A stretch of DNA of 63,724 nucleotides, counting the filler, from Choristocarpus tenellus KU-1152 (lineage: Eukaryota; Protista; Phaeophyceae), in NCBI GenBank assembly GCA_964200185.2. It is 7 parts of 7 records of this genome, joined end to end, with 100 filler letters (N's around TTAATTAATTAA, not from the genome) between each part and the next. Parts side by side here need not be neighbours in the genome. Positions count along the whole stretch, not along the records: positions 51,756 to 59,640 come from CAXNAD020005444.1; positions 59,741 to 63,724 come from CAXNAD020016800.1; 5 more parts are not named here. One strand, 5' to 3'. Under the pieces are notes generated by a model. The model worked only from the letters and a program-made list of their open reading frames with translations. It had not been told where the DNA came from and searched no databases. The position numbers were made by a program, and so were the translations under genes. Below are positions 54,290-63,724 of this stretch, one piece after another. The stretch's first letter is position 1, and the number at the start of each line of letters is the position of its first letter.

Positions 54290-56206
54290 TATGAAAACCA
54301 CCAGGTCCAAAAAATCGATTCAGAGGCTGAACCTGCTCCTTTTAAAATGGCCAAAACCCTCACAAAATATCGCCTTGAAGTATTTGGAGCAGGTGGTACG
54401 TAAGCTTAAGAATTGGCCAGAGATATGATTCACCCACACACAGGGAGACGAAACGTAGAGCAGCCTCCAGATAAGTTCAACTCCATCAACTAAAGAGCCT
54501 GTTGAACATTGGCAAGCATCATGAAAACACAAGTAGGCCTATTCCATAGTAGACTGCTTCAGCTACCAGGACGAAATGCCTAGAGAGGTAGTCTCGAAAT
54601 CTCCCCCGGTACTGCAATCCCTCAATGAGACTGAGTGGGGTAAAGCAGACGCTGCTCTAAACAGAAGACACTACTTCATCTCATTTCATCTGGCTGAGGC
54701 ACAGACACAGGCACATTTCAAAGTGCAGATGAGTACTCCAGTCTACAAAGGAGTAGTGGACTTCCACTTGTTTTATCACTGTTAGTCGCAAAAGGGCTGG
54801 AGGAAAGCACAGTACCCTCCAAGCATTCAGTTTGTATACAGAGTGTAAAGGCATGGAGATATTAAAACTATTCAGCGAAGCACCTAACAGAAGACCCAAT
54901 CAAATGCTTTCTCTTGATGATCCCTAATCACGAGTGGGGAGAGAAAGAGGGGTGTAGTGAGGTGGATGGGTCGTCAAAATATCAAGGGATTTGTAACATA
55001 AGCTCAGTTGCTGCTCTTCACACTGTGGAGGTCCTAAGCAGATAGGGCTTGGTAGTGGCAGAGTGCTAAGGACTCAAGAGGGAGGGATCAGAATCGGTTC
55101 TACTCTCAGCATCTCTCACACATAGCTGAGACATGGATCAACAGTGTATTTTATATGCTTTGAGTACAAGTTTGCTCATTCATTGAGAGCCTTCATCCTT
55201 CTGGTAGGAGGGAGAGAGATGGCTCTACTCCAAAATATATGTGGATAGTGCAGTTTCCTTAAATCTCTATGGGAAAGAAAGAACAATGTGTATCCACCTA
55301 TCTCCCTACATAGACAAACAGTCATATGGAACAAGGTGAAAAAAACTGTTCAGACTCCCTCAAATGACAACAAAAGAACGTGTTCCTCAGCATCCAATCA
55401 AACATAACACACAACACAACATGGCAACTATGAAATGAGATTTATTTTATTGTTTCTCTTAAGTAGCTATCTAAAATTATTATATATTGCTTGCTGTTCA
55501 CCAAACGAAACTCTTTCTATTCCCTTATACATCAGATAACAGACCCGTCCACAAAGCTTGTGATGCACACATGCTACACCTGAGCACACAAGTAAGAGCA
55601 TCAACAAAAACAGACATTAACAAAAGAATAAGATCTTTGAACTTCCAACTAAGAAATATCACGAACCATCACCCCTAACCCAGAACACATTGGACAGGCA
55701 GCCTTCAGGCAATGCTCTGAGGCAGCGGAGCCGTCAATGCCTGACACATCACTCCCACATTTCTTTTGGTGTATGGGACAGGTGGAGCAGGGTCTACAGG
55801 GATTGGGGAAGAGCAACCTCTCTAATACAATAAGCATGAAGCATGCAAATCGTAGCAGTCTGGTGTGAGCAGATCAACGTATTGCTTTGGAGATCGCAAT
55901 CTGACTGTTTTCTCAACTCCACGAAACCCTGTTCCTATGATGCTCCACTTCTGCAAAGTAGTTACTTCAATATCGCCACCCAACCAAAAAGCACAAGACA
56001 AATCAATGTCAAGGAGAAGGATCACTCTTAACCTAGGGGAGAATAAAAAAAGAATACTCTAATAACACCAAGGGACCCCATGTACAATACACCGAAGAGA
56101 AAGAACATTGGCAAAAAATGCCTCTCACCAAAATCGCACCCCCCTCTTCTCAACCCTCTGTGCTCACCATTGTGTGCACTCCTCCATTGCAAACACAACT
56201 TCAACA

Positions 56207-58567
56207 TCATCCTTGATTGGGTTCCACGCTCGGATCAAGCGCAATTGCCAACATCACTGAGTTGTATGTATCAACATTGGCCAGCCCTGCCCTTCGCATC
56301 TCACTCAGCAAAGACATGGTTTGTTCCAGCTGGCCCCACTTGCCACAAGCCGAGATAGCAGCATTGTAGCAGGTAACATCGCATGTAATCCCCTTGGCAG
56401 GCATTTCCTCCCTCAGCAGAGACAAGGCCCTTTCCCACTGACCTCCAACGCCACATGCCGCAATGGCTTTTGCGTAGATGGAGGTGGTTGGAACGAGACG
56501 TTCACCCTTCATCTCCTCAAAGAGCAAAAGGATACGTTCCCACCGTCCCCACTTGATGCAGGCCTTGATGACCACATCATACGTGCGGACATCAGGTCTG
56601 AGCCCTGAAGCTCGCATCTCCTTCATCAGGGACATAATGTGCTCTTCCTGGTCAGCAAAAGCGCACACGGCCATGGCCTCCGAGAAGGTTACAACATCAG
56701 GGGCGACCCCAGTGGCGATCATCTTCCTCACCAGTGAAAGGGCACATTGCCAGTGGCCCCCGTTCTTGCAGGAGGTGATAACTGCGTTGTAGACCACTAC
56801 GTTAGGAGAGATTCCCTTATGTTGCATCTCTTTCAGCAGTGAAAGGGCGACTTTCCACTGTCCCGCTTTACCACAGGCGGCGATGGCAGCAGAGTAGGTA
56901 AAGATGTTTGGAGAAACGTCTTCAAACCCCGCCATCTCCTCCAACAGCCTAACAGCACGTCCCCACTGACCAACAGGAATGCAAGCACTTATCGCCGCAG
57001 CGAAAGACTTGTCATCTGGAGGAATCTCTTTAGCTAACATCTCATCATGCAGGGATAGGGCACGTTCCCATTCATTTGCTTTACCGCATGCATGAATGAC
57101 AGCAGTGTAGGTGACCACATTTGGAAAGACATTCTTGCCAGGCATCTCCTCAAGAATGGCTACAGCAGACTCCCACTCGCCGGCATTACCACAAGCTGTG
57201 ATGGCTATGGAGTAGTTCATAACGTTTGGGGAAATGCCCTTGATCCGCATCTCTTCTAGCAAGGACAAGGCACGTTCCCATTCTCCTGCATCACCACATG
57301 CAGATATTGCTGCTGAATAGGTTGACCTACTGGGTGATAGCCCCTTTCTAGTCATCCCTTCTAACAGGGATAGAGAGAGCTCCCATTGACCTGCAATACC
57401 GCACGCCCTGATAATTGCTCCATAAGTCAAGTCATCAGGGGCAATTCCCTTGGACGACATCTCCTTGAACAAGGACATTGCATGCTCCCACTGGCCTCCA
57501 TTGCCACACGCAGTGATTGCGGCGGTGTAGGTGAATACACTTGAGGGCACACCATCATCCTGCATGTCCTTCAACAAAGACAGGGCAATTTCCCACCTGC
57601 CTACATCTGCGCACGCCGAGATGGCCGCGGCGTAGGCAATTTTGTTCGGAAGCACAGCAATCCTCATATTATTCAGTAGCGACAGAGCATGTTTCCACTG
57701 ACCTCCTTTGCGACAAGCAGTGATAGCTGCAGTGTATGGGTAGGCTCCCGGAGACAGGTTTTGAGTCTTCATCTCCTCCAGAAAGGACATGGCAAGTTGC
57801 CATTGGCCACCGTTGCCGCATGCAGCGATGACCGCTGAGTAGGTGAAAGCATCTGGGAAAACCCCTTGAGCACGCATCTTGTCCAGCAAGGACAAAGCAT
57901 GTTCCCACTGACCGTTGTCACCACATGCCTTAATGGCCTCCGTGTACGTGAATACATCGGGGAACAAGCCATTGTCCCGCATTTCCTCAAGTAGGATAAT
58001 AGATTGGCCCCACTGCCCGCCTTTTCCGCAAGCCTTAATGGCCGCGGTGTACGTGTGAACATTAGGCGAAACTCCTTTTGTCCGCATCTCATCAAGCAAG
58101 GAAAGAGCATCACCCCACCTATCACAGTTGGCCATGGCAGCAATACAGCTGGTGTACATACGAACATTCACTGGTACTTCGCACGCATCTAGAGTCTGGA
58201 GAACGCCCATCCAGTCCTGACGCTTCCCCAAATCCCCAATGTTTCTTACAAACAATCTCTGGGCACGGGAAGTGTCTCCTAGCCTTCCTCGACGACCCAA
58301 CTTTCTACCACTTCTTATCCTCCTAATTTTATCCCTTTCACCTCTCCAGTCTTGCTCCTGGTTCATCCTTTCCCCACGCAACCTCCTCCCATGTCCAGGT
58401 CGCAGTCCATGGTTGGCACATGTTTTTGAGCTTTTGAAAATCAGAATTGGATAGAATTCCCTTCCTTGCAAGGAGTACCATCCACTGAAAGCATTGCAAA
58501 AAATGCGACCGTACCTGGGGCTTCTCGCGAGAGACACCCCTCGTCCATCAGCCAACGAGGGTCGCAT
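56207..58567 (-). CDS. P-class pentatricopeptide repeat (PPR) protein, 18 tandem repeats, no C-terminal catalytic domain
   Basis: 786-aa ORF with 18 repeats of about 35 aa (consensus near VFTYTAAIxACGxGGQWExALSLLxEMxxxGVxP[DN]) plus a partial 19th. The first about 45 codons may be spliced differently (possible GT donor near 58513). Confidence 0.95.
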   Translation of the reverse strand: MRPSLADGRGVSLARSPRYGRIFCNAFSGWYSLQGREFYPILIFKSSKTCANHGLRPGHGRRLRGERMNQEQDWRGERDKIRRIRSGRKLGRRGRLGDTSRAQRLFVRNIGDLGKRQDWMGVLQTLDACEVPVNVRMYTSCIAAMANCDRWGDALSLLDEMRTKGVSPNVHTYTAAIKACGKGGQWGQSIILLEEMRDNGLFPDVFTYTEAIKACGDNGQWEHALSLLDKMRAQGVFPDAFTYSAVIAACGNGGQWQLAMSFLEEMKTQNLSPGAYPYTAAITACRKGGQWKHALSLLNNMRIAVLPNKIAYAAAISACADVGRWEIALSLLKDMQDDGVPSSVFTYTAAITACGNGGQWEHAMSLFKEMSSKGIAPDDLTYGAIIRACGIAGQWELSLSLLEGMTRKGLSPSRSTYSAAISACGDAGEWERALSLLEEMRIKGISPNVMNYSIAITACGNAGEWESAVAILEEMPGKNVFPNVVTYTAVIHACGKANEWERALSLHDEMLAKEIPPDDKSFAAAISACIPVGQWGRAVRLLEEMAGFEDVSPNIFTYSAAIAACGKAGQWKVALSLLKEMQHKGISPNVVVYNAVITSCKNGGHWQCALSLVRKMIATGVAPDVVTFSEAMAVCAFADQEEHIMSLMKEMRASGLRPDVRTYDVVIKACIKWGRWERILLLFEEMKGERLVPTTSIYAKAIAACGVGGQWERALSLLREEMPAKGITCDVTCYNAAISACGKWGQLEQTMSLLSEMRRAGLANVDTYNSVMLAIALDPSVEPNQG

Positions 58568-59572
58568 GTAATGTACTGTAGTTACAACATACGTTGAACA
58601 TGTATATCTCTCCTTGTTTGAAAAACCGAACCACTGAGTATCTCAGTTTTTCAATCAGATCTTGAAAAATGATTGGATTTTTGTTGGAGTGTGTGTGACG
58701 TATTTCTGTGGTTTTTAAAACTTTTTTCTTTTGAAAACATGCATCAAATTAATGTGTAGAACAGACTAAAACCAACAGAAAAGAGGAAGAGACGACCAGT
58801 TCCCCCCCTAGTCCGACCGAGGAGGGTCACTACCAGGTAAGCGTAGATAGCTGGATAAACAAGAAAGGAAATGTATTATCATACTTAAAATATACCAGTC
58901 ATATGATACGTACTCCAGCACGTACATGTCTTCTTCTGCTCATTTGATCTCACTAAAGGTGATATTTATGATCAGATCGATTTTCGACCTTGGCCACACA
59001 GTCTAGAACCAACATGCATTGATTTGAAGTAAGATACAGCTTCTGTATAATGGTCAACCACAAGAGCAAGATGAACACCTCCCCCTCCTGCACCTCATAC
59101 CCCCAACAGCTGCATAAGAAAAAAATCCAAAAAATAACCCAACTCAATTAATTGAGCAACCGCTGACATCCGTTTTAGAATCTCACCCTATTGATGATGA
59201 TGAAGTGTAAGATTCTGACTTGACCCAACCTAAGTAAAAGTCAAACGACCAAAAAGAAGGCCAACTACGAGAAGAGAGAAGACCCATCATCAATCTCCAA
59301 ACCCTAACCTTACCAAGTCAAAAACAGCTTGCATTAGGAAAAGATAATCATATGACGCCAAACATATCCGCACTATTTTACTACTACGTATCACCTACAT
59401 ACACGTACATAAACGCTTACCACCTCACCTGTAATATATCACAGTCAAACAAGCAGCAAGAACATACACATGTTACAAAGTAGATACAAACATAAAACAA
59501 AAAAGAAAAGAAAACGAGTCAGCAAACATGCTGATAAATTCTTCACTCAACAGCACAAAATGAACCTCATCA

Positions 59573-59640
59573 AACAGTCGATTTCAAAAATTGAGGATGG
59601 AGCTTTTCATTGAGGATGGGCTTGACCCAAAATTGACTGG
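59573..59640 (-). mobile_element. Right end of family E element at contig end
   Basis: aacagtcgatttcaaaaattgaggatggagcttttcattgaggatgggcttgacccaaaattgactgg. Confidence 0.75.
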
Positions 59641-59740
59641 NNNNNNNNNNNNNNNNNNNNNNNNNNNNNNNNNNNNNNNNNNNNTTAATTAATTAANNNN
59701 NNNNNNNNNNNNNNNNNNNNNNNNNNNNNNNNNNNNNNNN
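59641..59740. other. Artificial contig linker
   Basis: N44-TTAATTAATTAA-N44. Confidence 0.97.
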
Positions 59741-59754
59741 CAATTGGTAGCACA

Positions 59755-59811
59755 GTATAACGGTATATGTCATACGGCAATAACGGTATAATAACAAACA
59801 TGCTTTCCACA
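59755..59811. repeat. Interspersed repeat family F, copy next to contig start
   Basis: Matches 7361-7425. Confidence 0.75.
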
Positions 59812-61375
59812 ACTACTATGAAGAATATGTTAACTTATGGTTAATTATAACTATACGCTGTAATACGTAGTAGAAAAAAACCTTAGTGTAGTATGTAGTG
59901 CCATTTACTATTTGATAGAAATGATTATGGTACCAAACCTGCAACAAACTGGACAAAAAAATGTTCATACCACTCGTATCTTTGGAGCCATCAAGGAACC
60001 CCAAACCTCAAGGATAGGTAAGAGCGTGCCACGGTTTAATTCAAAAACACTCTACAATAGTAGTAAAGATGGCAAAATATCAACGAACAAAAAGGTTCAC
60101 AATAGCAGCACACTGTGAGGATAACAAGCAGCTGTAACCTGGTCGTGCCATATCTTCCTTCTCGGGTATGTAGCAATATGTGGGATGGTACTTATTGTGT
60201 AATGTGAAGTGCATTGCAAATGGGACTAGTACTAACTGATCCATGCCAGGACAAATCGTAGGGCAGCTGACATTACATGGGATCCATACCTCAAGGGGTC
60301 GATAGCATGTAACATTCGTCCCTTATCTCCACGATCCCCAACAATAATAGATATCATGCAAAGTCTCAAAACGCTCCGATTGTGGCTATATCTGATCCTG
60401 CTCGTTTCGGTGGACTGACAATAAACAACATCCATAACATCCACCTACAATAAAATGAAGTTCCTCACATTTCTATATACTCAACTTAAGGCGCTGCCTG
60501 ACAGGTCCTTCTTATGCTTCCCCTTGCACTTTGCCGTACTAGACAAGGCACTGTCCCCAACCTTATTGGCGGTACTTTCCCCCAGAACTGACCCTGTGGC
60601 AGGCACCAGAAGACTTTTTCCAGTTGTTGGTGGAGATGAAGTCCTTGGCACAACGATGGGCTCATCATCACTAGCGCCTTTGTCACTCTTCTCCTTCTCA
60701 GGGGTGTGGCAATCAAAGCACGCAGTCTCTTCATTTCATTGTCCCCATCTGGTTACACCATAAATTCTATGAAGGTACAGTTCACACCAATATTTAAGTC
60801 CAGTGAAGTGTCGTGGTCCTGGTGTGACCGTAGGAGTAAGACAGCGGCCTTTTGCTGCACATGGGAAGGGCATTCCTTGAGAGTCTGCATGGACACAAAC
60901 TGGGTTTCACTTCCCTTGGTATGGTATGCATATCCAAGTTAAGGCATATTTACCAAATTTTCCATACCATGACTTTATGGCACAAAATTTAAAATGACAT
61001 TTGACATATGCGGGAAACCAAAATGGCATGCTATCTTGGCTGACATGCCTCATTTGACCCTGCCTTAAAAGGACACTGCTACTGTAATAGTAATAATAAC
61101 CATGATGCTAATCATCATTGACGCTCATTGGTTTATGAATGCTGTTCTGCGTGTGAATTTGCAGGTTCTAAACCATTGACGCCATAGTTCTTTTCATTGG
61201 AACCTGGTTTTGATTAACCAAGAGTCCCAATGGCAACCATCGAGCTAAAACAATTGAGGTGTATGCAGGTTTGGACTCTTTTGCATTTTTAGCCACCATT
61301 CTTGCCGTTTGTAATACACCCTCCTTCATTGCTTGATATGCAAAAGAGTATGCGCAAAACTTGTATCCCCCTTTC

Positions 61376-61921
61376 TGTTACAACACACTCCAGAAGCTTA
61401 CTTCCACAAGATGTATAGCTCCAATCCACAAGCCTATAGAAGATGCTGATGCTCGTGCAAGCCTCTCAGGAAACTGTAGCAGTCCAGATGTCCGACACAC
61501 GGCAGGTTAGTACAACAGGGGGCACTTCTCTCTTTCAACGTCAGTGTGTAAATTGCATCAAAGAAAATGAGTGATTAGAGGGCTGTTATTAAGCTGCACT
61601 CTTTATTTATTTTATTATAATTTGAGTTTTATTTTTTTGGATAGAAGTTGGAACACATCTGAAAACCATTTCGACATTCCCAAGTTACAGATCTTACTCT
61701 GCAACCTTTGGCAAATCGGAGTTCCTCTTTATAAGGTCCCCCATGCGTGTATACTGCTCGCGCTTGTTAGAACATGGGAAGAAATACTCGCTCTATTTAA
61801 CGGCCGACAATACCAAAAAAAACATATCGACACTTTATTCCAGTCAATTTTGGGTCAAGCCCATCCTCAATGAAAAGCTCCATCCTCAATTTTTGAAATC
61901 GGCTGTTATTTGCCTGTAACA
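61376..61921. mobile_element. Solo-LTR-like insertion
   Basis: TGTTACA...TGTAACA termini with exact 4-bp duplication TTTC (61372-61375 / 61922-61925); the reference copy has TTTC once. Confidence 0.65.
61581..61910 (+). mobile_element. Apparently full-length family E element, no TIRs
   Basis: Bounded by the direct repeat GGCTGTTATT (61581-61590, 61901-61910); right end matches three other copies. Confidence 0.6.
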
Positions 61922-62026
61922 TTTCCACACGCAAATTGACACCACAATAGTCAAGCAAATGATATTTTTACAAATGTACAAAATGGCGTCTTTTTATCTT
62001 CCTTGGGATTCTTAAAATGCAACTCT

Positions 62027-62284
62027 GAGCCAAAGTAAGCAAGAGGTACCCAAATTTTGGCTGTTTTGCATTTTAAGTCATTTTTTCATCCTACATGGTT
62101 AACTTTTAACTATGGATGAAGTGAACAGATTGATTTGAGGGCGTTGACTTATCTATTGTTTGAAAAGTTTCAACATAATTCAGAAATGTCCTTACACGCA
62201 TTTGTGCAATAACCCAATTTTACTTGCACCATTGTCAGCATCGTTCATATCCAAACCCTAGGCACCTCTCGTATACTTTGGCTC
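62027..62284 (+). mobile_element. MITE family B copy nested in family C
   Basis: gagccaaagtaagcaagaggtacc ... ggcacctctcgtatactttggctc; flanks TCT/CCT where the empty site has a single CCT. Confidence 0.82.
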
Positions 62285-62705
62285 CCTGCCTACCTCCCAA
62301 TTTGTTTGGCTCATTGCAGATCGTCTATGTGTTGGGTACTACCCTATCTATCACTTTACCGCCAATACGATAGACCAGGAACAACTCGACAAGGATTCAA
62401 TTTGCGGGGGGACATGGGCGCCGGTCCAGTAAAAGGTTCAAGGAAGAAGATGAACCAACGAAGGGAGGGATGGCTGTAAACAAGGCATGAACAGAGGGGG
62501 TTTATTAGCTTGTTTCGCAATAGTTACATACTCAGGGTGGATTTTAGTATGAAAAGTAGTGCAGTGTGGTGCCTCTGACTATGGGTGGATTGTCCCTAAA
62601 TATAGCAGGGCTTCTTCACTGGACACGCAGTATGTAACGGGACCAGGTCGGGGACCTTTTCAGGTGAAGTATGTTTTAATGGACCATTCCAGGACCATCG
62701 AGAGA

Positions 62706-62960
62706 GAGTCAAAGTAAATGAGAGAAGAATTTTGTAAGTTCTGGAATATAAGACAGTTTTTTATTTTTTTGCAATTTACACATATTTTAATGGATGAAGT
62801 GAAGTTTGAATCGAGAGAGTTGTCCTCTCTGTTGTTTGAACATTTTTTACACAATCCAGAAAATATCCTACTCCCATATTTGAACAAAAATATTGATTTT
62901 GAACATATTGGTCGACATCCTTTAAAGGGAACTCTGGGTACCTCTCGTTTACTTTGATTC
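62706..62960 (-). mobile_element. MITE with family B-type TIRs
   Basis: gagtcaaagtaaatgagag ... ggtacctctcgtttactttgattc; flanks AGA/CGA. Confidence 0.7.
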
Positions 62961-63246
62961 CGAGTATAACCGGACCCAATCACAGACCTGCCTAGATCAT
63001 ATATCACTTAGCAGTGCCAAACCGGAGTCATTGGGATTATATACTGGACAGGGTCACAGACCAACCAAGGTAAAATTATATCTTAATGGGGCCAGACTGG
63101 GACTGTCAAAGAGTGCAATGGACCTGGGCAAGGTCTAGACCTGTCTAGAACATTTTGCAACAAGAATGCTCCATGAGTACGGCTTGGTAAGACTAAACTC
63201 GTTCACCTTAGTGTGTATGGGGGGTAGTGTGAAGTAGTGTCAAAAT

Positions 63247-63504
63247 GAGTGAAAGTATCTTAGAGCGTACGAATTTCGCCCTGTTCTTCCGTTTGGGGCT
63301 TGACTTCCCAGAGTTTTTTTGTGACGTATTACCTACTCCGAAGTGTTTCGGAGTAGGTAAAATGTATACGTTATGAAAAGGTATGTCCGAACAAGGATAT
63401 TGGCACTTCCGAACAAACACTATAGCCAAAATTATATCAAAATCGCAACATTGGATTTTGTCCCCCAAATGGGGCTGGTTCTATCCTCTAAGAAACTTTG
63501 ACTC
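63247..63504 (+). mobile_element. MITE family A copy
   Basis: gagtgaaagtatcttagagcgta ... tatcctctaagaaactttgactc; flanks AAT/GAT. Confidence 0.85.
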
Positions 63505-63724
63505 GATGTCAACTTTTGTTTCACATATACCTGGAATATGTAAAATGGCTAATATAGTAGCATGTTCACATTATATTGTCTGTACAAGATAAACAAGTAC
63601 CATTAATGTCGATAACAGTTGTATTATTTCTGCCTTGCTGAGCGAGAATCTGTTACAGGCGCCCCTCAATGCTCACCTTCCAGGATGTACAACTCAAATC
63701 CAAAGACCTTAAAACGATGCTATG

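Larger units (their letters stand above)
61242..62312 (+). mobile_element. MITE family C copy carrying nested insertions
   Basis: Segments 61242-61375, 61922-62026 and 62285-62312 rejoin colinearly with 54031-54289. Confidence 0.78.

Noticed and set aside
60232-60760. Possible Ulp1-like protease remnant
   Set aside because: Catalytic His/Cys motifs not found.
33914-63504. Repeated 23-bp motifs as a CRISPR-like array
   Set aside because: They are dispersed, inverted pairs bounding homologous interiors, i.e. MITE TIRs, with no unique spacers or cas genes.

Overview
This is eukaryotic, intron-rich DNA, most likely a brown alga or close photosynthetic stramenopile relative (inferred from the beta-tubulin and PPR sequences). 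It is not one continuous locus. Seven contigs (1-6299, 6400-21193, 21294-41236, 41337-47431, 47532-51655, 51756-59640, 59741-63724) are joined by artificial 100-bp N/TTAATTAATTAA/N linkers. Five host genes could be spliced by hand: the 3' end of a divergent CDC48/p97, a 9-exon SLC35C2/TPT-family transporter, a complete beta-tubulin, a GON4L/YY1AP1/DUO3-like gene spread over 16 kb and nearly invisible in the ORF track, and an 18-repeat P-class PPR protein. The rest is mostly transposon debris: four MITE-like families sharing GRGYCAAA termini with apparent 3-bp target duplications, a TIR-less element bounded by a CTGTT core, mariner (DD39D-type) pseudogenes, a decayed transposase-like gene with Tudor-like segments, and DIRS-type remnants. 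Introns are strongly CpG-depleted while gene starts are CpG-rich. I found no unambiguous new multi-gene system. The best leads are the PPR whose code spells AGG...AUG, the TIR-less element, the GRG-terminus MITE clan and the hidden GON4L/DUO3-like gene. All family assignments come from motifs recognised by eye, not from searches.
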